Below the pieces are notes generated by a model. That model searched no databases. It was not told the origin of the DNA and saw nothing but the letters and a program-made list of their open reading frames with translations. Positions 42,605-52,037 of a stretch of 64,000 bases of DNA are shown piece by piece (position 1 is the first letter of the stretch; every line of letters starts with the position of its first letter). The stretch is from a virus. The stretch lies in the IMG/VR virus record IMGVR_UViG_3300028394_003336. The stretch is one strand, 5' to 3'. A program made the translations under genes and the position numbers.

Positions 42605-44479
42605 TTAATTACCGTAAGTTGTTTGGTTTGGAGCCTTTGTTGGGTTCTGTGGTGCGGTTAAACTCATGAAATATTGTTTAGTTTGTGGACTGTTTGCCCA
42701 ATCATCTAACATTTTTTTTGTCAATTCACTTCCATTAGGTGTAGTAAACTCTACTTGTATTTTACCACCCACATCTATTGTAGTTTTGGTATTTGTGGTT
42801 GTTGATGTTCCATCACCTGGCGTTTTCATTGGGAAACGTTTACTACCCAAATCTATTGGGTCTGATTTACCACCCATTAATGCATTATAGGTTGAGAATT
42901 TTCCACCATCAATACTTGGTTTTAAATTATTACCCATTAATCCTTCTAAAAGTTTTTTTCCACCCAATTCTGTTTCTGATTTGCCATTTTCAAGTTTACC
43001 TATCATTTGACCAAGAGCTTTTTGAACACCTTCTTTAAATTCTGAACCGAACTTTTGTGATTGTTTGTCCGCGGTTTCTAATAAAGTTGCACTAGCCTCT
43101 CTAAGACCTTTATTAGGGTCATTCATATCCTTTAAAAATTGTTTGAAGTCACCAATAGCTGTTGATGACATTTGTCTTCCACTTGTTGTTTTTCCGTAAA
43201 AATCAGAAAGAGTACTAGTGATTGCATCAGTTAATTTTCTTCCACCCTCAACCTCTTTATTGATTGTTTGATTACTAGCAAATCCATACATAAATCCATG
43301 GTAGATTGCTCTTACATCACCAGCAACCATTTCACTATAATCTAATTGAGACCTAGCAATTTCTTCTAATGATTTTGGAGCTTCTTTTTGTTCCTTAAGT
43401 GTTGCCTCTAATTGTTGTTGACTTACACTTGTAAGTTTTTCCCAACGTCTTTCACCTGTAGCACTGTCTTTAACACTAATTTCATATTCACCACCATCAC
43501 CCATTCTAGAAATGTTTGAAAGTAATTGTTTGTCTTCTTCTTTAACGTTTAAACCAATAGAACTAATCGCTGAAAGCCTTGCATCCGCTTCTTTAGCTGC
43601 TAGTCCAAGTTTCATCATCTCATTAGCGTTTACACCAGTTTGTTCTTGAAGTTCTTTAAGTCTTATAACCCCTTCAGGTGTTATCTTAAATGTTTTTGTT
43701 TGACTATCTAAATAAGTAAATTGTTTCGCAACGTTAACCAAACTATCCTGTATTCCTTGTGGATTATTAATTGAATCGTTCATTAACCTGAACGGGTCTG
43801 CCAAATCACCAACGGCTAACCCTAATCTTTGAAATGCTGACGCAACTTCAATCGCTCTTTCAGGTTTATATAAATTATCAGCTAAATTAAAGGTTGTATT
43901 CATATCAAACCTTAACATTGAAGCTTGCGCAGCCATTTTTGTTAATCCTTGTACACCACCCTCAAACTGATAACGATTAAGTTGGTCCATGTTGCTGGTA
44001 ACAACTTTAAAAACCTCTTTTGTATTACCCCCAATACTTTGAATATAATTTACTGAACCCTCAATTTGTTTTGACATTTGAGCAACTCCTACACCCACGT
44101 CAGCAAAACCACTTACTAAAGTTCTAATACTTTGTTCAGTTACCTTAGACGCGGCGTAAAGTTTTTCTGTTTGTTCAGTTGTAGCAATAATGTTTCTTCT
44201 ACTTTCAACTGCAATATCAGAAATTGCCTGTTGAGCAGCTATAAGGTCACCACCGAGTCTATCAATACGAGGGGTGGCATCCGCCAAGGCGGTTTTAATA
44301 TCACCAATCCTTTGCCTTGTTTCACCGAAAGCTTTATTGATTGCTCCACCGTAAACATCCAAGTCAGTAATAGCTCTAGTAATATCTGTAAAAAATGCGG
44401 ACAATGCATTCTTACGGTACTCATCCATTTTATCGGTGAGTTCTTTAAAGTAATCAAGAGGATTTTGTTCGCCAGCCAT
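42605..44479 (-). CDS. Tape measure protein (putative)
   Basis: 624 aa, helical Ala/Gln/Leu-rich; canonical position after tube and chaperone. Confidence 0.7.
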   Translation of the reverse strand: MAGEQNPLDYFKELTDKMDEYRKNALSAFFTDITRAITDLDVYGGAINKAFGETRQRIGDIKTALADATPRIDRLGGDLIAAQQAISDIAVESRRNIIATTEQTEKLYAASKVTEQSIRTLVSGFADVGVGVAQMSKQIEGSVNYIQSIGGNTKEVFKVVTSNMDQLNRYQFEGGVQGLTKMAAQASMLRFDMNTTFNLADNLYKPERAIEVASAFQRLGLAVGDLADPFRLMNDSINNPQGIQDSLVNVAKQFTYLDSQTKTFKITPEGVIRLKELQEQTGVNANEMMKLGLAAKEADARLSAISSIGLNVKEEDKQLLSNISRMGDGGEYEISVKDSATGERRWEKLTSVSQQQLEATLKEQKEAPKSLEEIARSQLDYSEMVAGDVRAIYHGFMYGFASNQTINKEVEGGRKLTDAITSTLSDFYGKTTSGRQMSSTAIGDFKQFLKDMNDPNKGLREASATLLETADKQSQKFGSEFKEGVQKALGQMIGKLENGKSETELGGKKLLEGLMGNNLKPSIDGGKFSTYNALMGGKSDPIDLGSKRFPMKTPGDGTSTTTNTKTTIDVGGKIQVEFTTPNGSELTKKMLDDWANSPQTKQYFMSLTAPQNPTKAPNQTTYGN

Positions 44480-44502
44480 ATATTAACTTTTCTTATAAAT
44501 AC

Positions 44503-44528
44503 AAAAAGACTGAAAATTCAGTCTTTTT
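44503..44528 (-). terminator. Intrinsic terminator overlapping the stop codon of the frameshift extension
   Basis: AAAAAGACTGA-attt-TCAGTCTTTTT inverted repeat with T tract. Confidence 0.75.
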
Positions 44529-44670
44529 TATTTTCTTCAATCCATTTATCTAATAAATATTTTCTTGTGAAAATCGGCATTTGTAAAAAGTCATTGTAAG
44601 AGATATTCAATAACTTGGTCAAATAGTAGAATTCATCTAATTGACTTTTCCTATAATCAGAAGAAAGGGC
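44518..44670 (-). CDS. Putative frameshift-accessed C-terminal extension of tail chaperone (GT-type, gp51-like); absent from ORF track
   Basis: +1 frame relative to 44657-45400: ALSSDYRKSQLDEFYYLTKLLNISYNDFLQMPIFTRKYLLDKWIEENKKD*; no ATG at its 5' end; fills the gap exactly up to the terminator. Confidence 0.7.
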   Translation of the reverse strand, partial: ALSSDYRKSQLDEFYYLTKLLNISYNDFLQMPIFTRKYLLDKWIEENKKD

Positions 44671-45400
44671 GAAAAAAGTCCACCCCAAAACCAACGTTAA
44701 CCGTTAGCAATTCTCCTGATGGGGTTGTTACTGTTTTCTTCATATCTAATTTTGGTTCATTCTCATCCATAAACTTTTTCAAGAATTTGGAATCGGCAAT
44801 CGGCATTTGTTCAATAAATTTAACAATTTCTGATTTGTCAGGTGAACCATTCAATTCAACAATTTGTTTTGTAAGTCTCCAAGTAACTTTTGGTGCAACT
44901 CTACCTTGTGGGTATGAGTCAGCCATTTTTTCAATTTCCATTATTTCACCATATGATAATGGTTTAACTTTAATTGAAGTTTGAGACTTTGGTAACATTA
45001 ATGAAAATGTACCATCTTCGTTTGGTTTTTGACCTTCAACAATACTTAACACACCCAAATCAACCGTTGTTTGGAATGGTTTTCTTGTAGCTGGGTCTGT
45101 TAGATTTACAACCATTTCATGTCCGAAAGAAGTGTTTCTTAAGAAGATTAAAATCGCTTCAATATCTCCTTCCAATAAATCTTCTATTCTAATATCTGGT
45201 TCGTAAACCTTCGCTCTTAATAAGTTAACTGCCAAATCGGCAACCCCACCCATTAAGATATTCTCATCAGCGGCGGTTAAATAACCCACTTTTAATGATT
45301 TCTTTTTATTTTTGTAGAACACTCCACCCGATGGTAAAGGAACCACGTCATGTGGAAGTGAAAAGTCTTTCTGTCCGTATTCTCTTGATTGGTCTTGCAT
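44657..45400 (-). CDS. T4 gp26-like protein in the tail assembly chaperone position
   Basis: LPSGG..LTAADENIL..DIEAILIFLRNTSFG resembles gp26 family; lies between tube and tape measure; ends ..DFFRPFF. Confidence 0.7.
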   Translation of the reverse strand: MQDQSREYGQKDFSLPHDVVPLPSGGVFYKNKKKSLKVGYLTAADENILMGGVADLAVNLLRAKVYEPDIRIEDLLEGDIEAILIFLRNTSFGHEMVVNLTDPATRKPFQTTVDLGVLSIVEGQKPNEDGTFSLMLPKSQTSIKVKPLSYGEIMEIEKMADSYPQGRVAPKVTWRLTKQIVELNGSPDKSEIVKFIEQMPIADSKFLKKFMDENEPKLDMKKTVTTPSGELLTVNVGFGVDFFRPFF

Positions 45401-45402
45401 AT

Positions 45403-45440
45403 AAAAAAATTAACCGTATAGTTTATGTCTATACGGTTAA
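45403..45440 (-). terminator. Hairpin plus T tract after tail tube gene, just before chaperone start
   Basis: Perfect 12-bp stem TTAACCGTATAG/CTATACGGTTAA, 7-nt loop, followed by T run. Confidence 0.7.
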
Positions 45441-45472
45441 ATATAAGGGTTAATAATTTTTTATAAAGAGTA

Positions 45473-45961
45473 TTAGTATACTAACACACATCTGTCCATT
45501 CTCAATGTAGCAGCAATTGTAGCTAAACCGTCTTGGTTGTAAGCTAACTGATTGAAGTTAACATCTGTCATAAATGTACCATACAAAATCCATTTTTCAA
45601 CCACAACTCCTGTTGGGTCTAACATTTCAATGTCAATGTCTTTTTTGTATCCTGCCGCGTATCCCATACGACCTGTAACTGATTCTGCACATAGACGAAC
45701 CCACTCCATAAGAGCTTGAGCCGCTGATGGTCCGATTGGGTCTCTGAACACCACGTTAATGGTTTGCCAGTTGAATCTTCCTGCAACCCATGTTGATGTG
45801 TTAAGGAATGGTATCTCAGTAGCATTAATTGTAATGTGAGGTCTTGCAGCACTTTCTACAAACCACTCATTAATTCCTAAGCTTGACGGGAATCTTAAAA
45901 TAAAACGATTCTGACGTTTCGGCTCATAAGGAAGAGGCATTTTCATTAGTAAATCAGCCAT
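45473..45961 (-). CDS. Tail tube protein (T4 gp19-like)
   Basis: YEPKRQNRF, GRFNWQTI.V.F.D, YKKDI..MLDPTG..VEKW.L motifs; downstream of sheath. Confidence 0.9.
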   Translation of the reverse strand: MADLLMKMPLPYEPKRQNRFILRFPSSLGINEWFVESAARPHITINATEIPFLNTSTWVAGRFNWQTINVVFRDPIGPSAAQALMEWVRLCAESVTGRMGYAAGYKKDIDIEMLDPTGVVVEKWILYGTFMTDVNFNQLAYNQDGLATIAATLRMDRCVLVY

Positions 45962-46053
45962 ATTATTTAATTTTTGTTTCTATGTTTATAATTGATAAAT
46001 ATAGTGGTGTTGAAAAAATTTTCCCTTTACTTTGTTTTTTAAAAAGAATATCC

Positions 46054-46884
46054 TTATTTAACTTCCTTCTTAATTCCTCCAGCAGTAGAATAAGTTTTAA
46101 CTATATTATCTGGTTTATCTTTAAAATGTTTTTTCATTACTTCTATGTTTTTAGGGTCATCATCTGAAAACCCTATAGAAGGCATCTCTGGTATAAACTT
46201 ATTACCTATATCATTTTTTAGAAATGCTCTTTTATTAAGTATTGCTGCCATACCTTTTATATAGTCCACAAATTCATCCATCGCACGAACCTTCGCTTCT
46301 TCAGGATTAGATGCACCTTTTTCGTCTCCAAAAGAAACGGGGTGGTATTTGTTAAGAGCTAAATAAGTTTTGATTAACTCATTATCAGACATCTCTTCCT
46401 CTCCTGAAAATGTTCTATATTTTTTTAAGTTTTTAACTAACTCATCTTTACTGATTCCGTTGAAATCATTAATGATATAATTGTATATTGCTTGTTTTAA
46501 TGTATTGGGGTTATGACCTCTTGCAGTAATAATTGAAAAAATTGAACCACTATTAATTGCTTCTCTAAAATCATCAAACGCAGGTCCTTCTGTGGCTTTC
46601 ATTGCATCTATTATAAAATCCTTATCTCCATCAGTTCTAAAATTTCTGAATGGGTCTTCTGCAAATCCAACAATTGTATGACCCTTATAATTAAAATTTT
46701 CTTTACCAATATGATGTCTATGTTCCGCAAAGTCATCGGTACTCATACCTACCTCTTCTCCATCTTCATCTTTTACAATTATTTTTGTTGGCATGTGAAC
46801 AATATTATCATCCCAATCAAAGGCATAATATTTTAAATCTGGTGTTTTTTCGTCTTTAAATCCCTCTATTATTCTTGTTCTCAT
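46054..46884 (-). CDS. HAD-superfamily phosphatase-like protein
   Basis: Motif I FDWDDN, motif II ITARG, Lys in EEAK, motif IV FSDDD. Confidence 0.7.
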   Translation of the reverse strand: MRTRIIEGFKDEKTPDLKYYAFDWDDNIVHMPTKIIVKDEDGEEVGMSTDDFAEHRHHIGKENFNYKGHTIVGFAEDPFRNFRTDGDKDFIIDAMKATEGPAFDDFREAINSGSIFSIITARGHNPNTLKQAIYNYIINDFNGISKDELVKNLKKYRTFSGEEEMSDNELIKTYLALNKYHPVSFGDEKGASNPEEAKVRAMDEFVDYIKGMAAILNKRAFLKNDIGNKFIPEMPSIGFSDDDPKNIEVMKKHFKDKPDNIVKTYSTAGGIKKEVK

Positions 46885-46892
46885 TGTTGGCT

Positions 46893-46920
46893 AAAAAATG
46901 GGGGAGATAAACTCCCCCTT
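46893..46920 (-). terminator. Intrinsic terminator after tail sheath
   Basis: GGGGGAG-tttat-CTCCCCC then ATTTTTT on minus strand. Confidence 0.85.
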
Positions 46921-46927
46921 ATTTTTA

Positions 46928-49900
46928 TTAGATATTTTCAAATGAAGCCCCTGTTGGTGTGATAAAGAATTCAATATCAATGAATTCAAGAGCTTTAGTT
47001 GGTTTAAGATAAATTTTACCTGTTAAAGTATTTCTATCTAAGTCTTCAGGTGAAGAAGATACCGTTACACGGAAGTCATAAAGACCTCTATCTCTTCTAA
47101 TACCATCTAAGATTGGGTTAACACTATCCAAGAATTGTTGTCTTACAACTTGGTCGTTTTGTTCAAATAACAATCTAACCGCTACAGCTGAAATTAACTT
47201 ACGAGCTTGTAATAACAATCTTCTAACATTTAATCTATTAAGAGCTGTGTCAGCAACTTGAAGTGTTTTGTTACCCCAAATTACAGTTCCAACGTCTGCA
47301 AATGTTGCGATTGGGTTGATTCTACCTTGATAAAGTGTATCTCTATCTTCTTGAGTCAACTTAACTCTTGCTTTGATTGAGTTTACAAGACCTCTTGTAT
47401 AACCCGCTGATGCGAACCAAGGGAATGCAATATTATCTGTAAGTGCTAAGTTTCTACAAACCTCACCAGTTGCTGGTAAATAGATTTGTGTGTTATTCAC
47501 AGTATCTCTTGTTAAAATCCAAGGATAATAAGTAGCTGTATAGTTTGAATCAATTCCTGTGTTATCTAAGTTATCAACAGCCTCTTGTGGATAGATAATC
47601 GCTTGAGGGTCAGTTGAATCTGGTAGATACATGTTATAGTCAGGTGTTGTTACAATATACACAGAATCAGCTCTTTGATACTGAACCATGTTAATTGCCG
47701 CCTCACATAAGTTTGAATTAAATACATAATCAATACTTGCAGTTGCAAATACGTTAATGTTTGTAGCTTCAGGATTTGCGAATGTTAAAATACCAAGTAA
47801 GTAAGCGTAGTAGTCAGTGTTTGCAAAGTCTTGAGTATTATTTTGTACAATAATTCTCTTGAACATACCATCACCTGTTGCTGTAGGATATCTTGATTCA
47901 GGATAAGCACCTGCCAAATACCCTGTAGCTCCTAATTGGAATCTATCGGTATTTGTTCTTGATTCTTCATAAATGTTCCATCCATCAAATCCACCCGCGA
48001 AACATACTGTGTATTTTCTTGAATAGATATAATAGTAAGGATTTACTTGAGTTTCTGGGTCATTTCTGAAATCTGCCACTCCACACTCAAATGCAGTTTG
48101 TCCACTTGTTTCATATACATTACCAATTGTTACAACAGTTGCACCTGAATCCATATGGAATCCTTTTGAAAGGACATTCCAAGGAATTGAATCTGTTGCA
48201 ACTTCCCAACCCGCTTGTGGATTTTGTTTACCTTTATAAGTTAAGAATGATTCGTCAATACCATATTCAGTTGAAAATCCTAAATAACTTCTTCTAACAA
48301 TATTACCTGGAGACTCAACAGAATTAGGACCACCAAAAGGACTATTAAATGGAGGATTAGCAATTACTTCACCTGGATAATAATACTTTGTTTTGAATTT
48401 AGGGTATGGTGATGGATTGTTAGGACTAGCATATTCTCTTTGTGTGTAACCGTAGAAACCACAAGGTAATGCATCAATAGGATATTCATCAGCTAATTCA
48501 ATCATAATATATTTTGAAATAAGTGCAAATTCTCCGTTAGATGAACCAATTTTTTTAGCCACAAAATTATTTGATGCTGGGTCCATGTTACAGTTTGTAA
48601 ATTTTTCAATAACAACAGGATTCGCATCTGTATCAAAGAAGTTTCTAACTAAAACATCAAAACTCATGTTATTGAACGATAAGTTAGCGATTGAAACTTT
48701 AATTTCAACGTTTGCAGAATCTCCGTCAGAGATTGATATAAATTTAAATAATCTGTAAACCTTGTTACCTCTTAATTCTGAAACCAAGAATGGTGTTTCG
48801 GGTGATTGATATTTTTCTAAATTCCACGCGATTGATGAAGCACTTCTACTTCTAGCACTTGGTAATCCAACTAATTCACAATTTAAACCTTTAATATAAC
48901 CTTGATTGTATGCATAGTTTAAAGTACCAGGATAAATTTCCTCAACAAAAATTGGAGTTTCAAATCTTGATTTACCAAAGTTGTCTAAACCTAATACTTT
49001 TGTAATATACTTTGAAGACGCCGCAGATAACGAAGATTCTAATTGGAAGTTATTGCCATCTTTAGTAACACCCGATAATAAGAAAGTTTCATAAGGTGAT
49101 TGAGTTACTCCTGAATATTGTCCACTACAAACCATTGTAAGTGCACTTAAACCTGCAACTGTTCCCCCTGAGTTAACTTCATAAATTGGTCCGTGTTCAT
49201 CACCAGTAGAACTATTCGCATAAAGTGAAATACCTCTTGAACGAAGTGTTGCAATCACCATGTTATTAAATTCAGAGTATGCAGTTCCTGAAAAAGTATA
49301 AACATTACCTTCAATTGTACCTGTATAATTTCCTGTCGCTCCCGTTACTAAGTTTGTTACTGAATAATAGAAAGAGTAACCTGAATAATCATTACCTGAA
49401 TAATTGTCAAAGTTAGCATAAAACCAAGCATCATTATTATTAGAACTTAAATCGTTTGTTTCTAAGTTATTAGTGTCACAAAGATATTCGTTAATTTGAT
49501 TACTATATTGTGTAACAATTGGCCAATAGTCTGAACCAGGTATTGCACCATAGAAAGCAACTGTTGTTGCGGATAATGATGGTTGTTGTGCCACACCATT
49601 AATCTCACCTGAAAAATCAGTAAATAAATTAGATGTATCACCATTATTCATTGTATATTGAACATAAAGATTTGGTGTGATATAACTATCAAACACCGCA
49701 TCAGGTGTTGTAAAATTAAACGTATCACCTGTAGAATTTCCACTGAAATCTATAGAGAAAGCTTGACCAACATTTGTTTCTAATCCAATTGTTGTTGGGT
49801 CAACATTAGCTGTTGTTCTAATACTCCATGATGGACCCGCATCATAACCAGAAAGACCCAATACTCTCGTAACAAACAATTGGTTAGATTGTTGTAAATA

Positions 49901-50158
49901 AGATTTTGCGATATACGCAGCCTCATATTGTGGGATTTGTGTATTCACAAACTTGACAGGTTCTGTACCACCGAAGTAGGCTTGGAATTCGTCATAGTTT
50001 GTTATAAAGACAGGTTCAAAAGCGGGACCCTTTATAGTCTCACCTACTAAACCTAATGTTGTAACACCCACGCTCTGAGCCACGAACGATAAGTCCGTTT
50101 CAGATGTATAAACACCTGGGGATACAAATACTTTTTGATTAACTTGTGCTGTTGCCAT
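46928..50158 (-). CDS. Tail sheath protein (T4 gp18-like) with large insertions
   Basis: FVSPGVYTSETD N-terminus; PWFASAGYTRG, LYQGRINPI, WGNKT, LNVRRLL, KPTKALEFI. Confidence 0.95.
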   Translation of the reverse strand: MATAQVNQKVFVSPGVYTSETDLSFVAQSVGVTTLGLVGETIKGPAFEPVFITNYDEFQAYFGGTEPVKFVNTQIPQYEAAYIAKSYLQQSNQLFVTRVLGLSGYDAGPSWSIRTTANVDPTTIGLETNVGQAFSIDFSGNSTGDTFNFTTPDAVFDSYITPNLYVQYTMNNGDTSNLFTDFSGEINGVAQQPSLSATTVAFYGAIPGSDYWPIVTQYSNQINEYLCDTNNLETNDLSSNNNDAWFYANFDNYSGNDYSGYSFYYSVTNLVTGATGNYTGTIEGNVYTFSGTAYSEFNNMVIATLRSRGISLYANSSTGDEHGPIYEVNSGGTVAGLSALTMVCSGQYSGVTQSPYETFLLSGVTKDGNNFQLESSLSAASSKYITKVLGLDNFGKSRFETPIFVEEIYPGTLNYAYNQGYIKGLNCELVGLPSARSRSASSIAWNLEKYQSPETPFLVSELRGNKVYRLFKFISISDGDSANVEIKVSIANLSFNNMSFDVLVRNFFDTDANPVVIEKFTNCNMDPASNNFVAKKIGSSNGEFALISKYIMIELADEYPIDALPCGFYGYTQREYASPNNPSPYPKFKTKYYYPGEVIANPPFNSPFGGPNSVESPGNIVRRSYLGFSTEYGIDESFLTYKGKQNPQAGWEVATDSIPWNVLSKGFHMDSGATVVTIGNVYETSGQTAFECGVADFRNDPETQVNPYYYIYSRKYTVCFAGGFDGWNIYEESRTNTDRFQLGATGYLAGAYPESRYPTATGDGMFKRIIVQNNTQDFANTDYYAYLLGILTFANPEATNINVFATASIDYVFNSNLCEAAINMVQYQRADSVYIVTTPDYNMYLPDSTDPQAIIYPQEAVDNLDNTGIDSNYTATYYPWILTRDTVNNTQIYLPATGEVCRNLALTDNIAFPWFASAGYTRGLVNSIKARVKLTQEDRDTLYQGRINPIATFADVGTVIWGNKTLQVADTALNRLNVRRLLLQARKLISAVAVRLLFEQNDQVVRQQFLDSVNPILDGIRRDRGLYDFRVTVSSSPEDLDRNTLTGKIYLKPTKALEFIDIEFFITPTGASFENI

Positions 50159-50276
50159 TATTAAATTATTCTTTGCAGATTTATTTTAATGATAAATATT
50201 CAATACTAACACAAAAAACTTGACTTTTAGATATGTATTTGTAAACGGTATGAATTAATTCTGCCTTTTTTCTACC

Positions 50277-50438
50277 ATGAGAACAAAGAAAGAAATAAAG
50301 AACCTAAAAATATCCCCTGAATCACATGAGATACTGAAAAAGTATTGTGACAAGAGAGGTATCAAAATTTATAAATTCATTGAGAATTTAATAATTGAAA
50401 AGTGTAAAGAAAAAAAAGATATCTACGGGGAAGATTAA
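50277..50438 (+). CDS. Ribbon-helix-helix DNA-binding protein (53 aa); absent from ORF track
   Basis: MRTKKEIKNLKISPESHEILKKYCDKRGIKIYKFIENLIIEKCKEKKDIYGED: beta strand (KNLKI) plus two helices with Gly turn. Confidence 0.7.
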   Translation: MRTKKEIKNLKISPESHEILKKYCDKRGIKIYKFIENLIIEKCKEKKDIYGED

Positions 50439-51478
50439 ACTAATTTACTATCAAATTGAATAATTGCGTCATTTGAAATATTTTCTTTAGTAACTTCAAT
50501 TCTTAAGACATCATTAGTTGTTATTTGAATTTTTTGAACATTTGTTCCGTAATAGTCGTCGTTGATGTAAACATCGTATGAAGATATGTTACTTGATTTA
50601 ACAAATTCCATATTTGCGGTAAAATCAATTCTTTCAACCAACATATCATTACCAACCACATATAAAAAATTAGTTAAGAATTCATCTGGATTTTCAGGAA
50701 ACTGATTCTTTTTCTTTTTTAGTGTTGATGTGTCAATTTCCATCACTTGAAGAACTCTAGCAATTGCGGGTTTAACTTCAAATTCTGCCTCATCAATAAG
50801 ATAACCTAACATTGTAAAATCGTAATTTTGAATATAGTATTTTCTATTATCAATTTGCATTTGAGATTCATCGGAAATGTTAGTTGAAATGATTGGAACG
50901 TATTGACCTTTTATAAAGGTATACGCTTGTCTTGATGAAAATTTTTGCATTACAACCTTGTTAAGTTCATTCAATTCCCTCATTCTATTACAAATAATCT
51001 TAACACTATAATTGATATCAACAGGAACTGGCTGAGGAATTGTATAAATGTCCATACCTTGTTCATTTCCATTCCAAGTCGGAACTGAGGCATAATAGAA
51101 TTGTTTTCTATTTGGAATTGTATATTGAAGTGATGGGTTTGTACCATACTTAACTTCAGGACTTCTAACAACAGTAATAAATGGTGGAGATGGATTATTA
51201 TCTAAATCAACAAATTGAGCTGTTTCAACATATTGAGACCAATTTTGAGTGGTAACAATAATATCAACCATTGGAACAATTTTTCCCGCAGTAACAACTT
51301 TTAAATCCCCTTTTACAAAATCTAACATACCTCTATCCAAATCAGCATGTAAAACAGATTTAGGTAAATAAGTTCCATCTTTGTTGATATATTCCAACAA
51401 CTGTTCTCTTCTTGAATAAAGAGTCTTCTGTGGAACCAAAGGTAATGTAGGTTTAACTTGTGTTTTAGGTAATGGCAT
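50435..51478 (-). CDS. Tail terminator / sheath stabiliser-like protein (T4 gp15-like)
   Basis: PPFITVVR, PVPVDINYSV.I...ELNE pattern; between neck gene and sheath. Confidence 0.55.
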   Translation of the reverse strand: MPLPKTQVKPTLPLVPQKTLYSRREQLLEYINKDGTYLPKSVLHADLDRGMLDFVKGDLKVVTAGKIVPMVDIIVTTQNWSQYVETAQFVDLDNNPSPPFITVVRSPEVKYGTNPSLQYTIPNRKQFYYASVPTWNGNEQGMDIYTIPQPVPVDINYSVKIICNRMRELNELNKVVMQKFSSRQAYTFIKGQYVPIISTNISDESQMQIDNRKYYIQNYDFTMLGYLIDEAEFEVKPAIARVLQVMEIDTSTLKKKKNQFPENPDEFLTNFLYVVGNDMLVERIDFTANMEFVKSSNISSYDVYINDDYYGTNVQKIQITTNDVLRIEVTKENISNDAIIQFDSKLV

Positions 51479-51990
51479 TATATTCCTCTAAATTCATTTT
51501 CACTTACCCAAGTAGCCGTAACCGTTCTGTAGAATGGTTTATAACCACCGTAAGTGTGTTTATTATCAGACCTAACAAGTCCGTCATCAATAACAGTATA
51601 ATATCTAACCCTATCCTCTGTTTCATAATATCCAAAGTAATCACCCATAAAAATATTAACGTCCATATCCTCAAGAGTTTTTTGGTAAATAGAAAATTTC
51701 ATATTACCTGGCTCATCTTGTTTAATCTTAGAATTTCCGAGAAGTTTGTTTTGTGGTGCCATAATTTGAACCAATCCCTTAAGTTCAACAGGTGCCATGA
51801 ATTGAATACCGTCTTCCAATACTTCACCATATACACTATCTGTTTTAGTCTTGTATCTATCAATTCTATAAAGAATAACTGTGAAGTTCATATCACCCAA
51901 TAACCACTCCTCACCCATACCAATATCCAAGGCATAGTCTTCACCACCAAAGAATTTTCCTAAACGCGTAATTGGTACTAATTTTTGCAT
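51478..51990 (-). CDS. Head-tail connector / head-closure protein (T4 gp14-like)
   Basis: VILYRID..KT..VYGE pattern; size and position. Confidence 0.55.
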   Translation of the reverse strand: MQKLVPITRLGKFFGGEDYALDIGMGEEWLLGDMNFTVILYRIDRYKTKTDSVYGEVLEDGIQFMAPVELKGLVQIMAPQNKLLGNSKIKQDEPGNMKFSIYQKTLEDMDVNIFMGDYFGYYETEDRVRYYTVIDDGLVRSDNKHTYGGYKPFYRTVTATWVSENEFRGI

Positions 51991-51993
51991 ATA

Positions 51994-52022
51994 TTGATAA
52001 ATACTTAAAGAGTTATTATATT
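51994..52022 (+). promoter_or_regulatory. Sigma70-like promoter for SET-SNF2, overlapping a divergent TATTTAT element
   Basis: TTGATA(51994-51999)-N17-TATATT(52017-52022); minus-strand TATTTAT at 51997-52003. Confidence 0.55.
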
Positions 52023-52037
52023 TCCAACAAAGACATT

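Noticed and set aside
44132-44599. 155-aa plus-strand ORF
   Set aside because: Antisense to the tape measure and crossing its promoter and terminator; the region is better explained by the minus-strand extension
44660-44695. Classical -1 slippery heptamer for the chaperone
   Set aside because: The protein-like open frame that reaches the terminator is +1/-2 relative to the chaperone, not -1
18708-51990. Bacterial eCIS/tailocin locus rather than phage
   Set aside because: Interleaved with phage replication genes and head-tail neck genes; no bacterial housekeeping context
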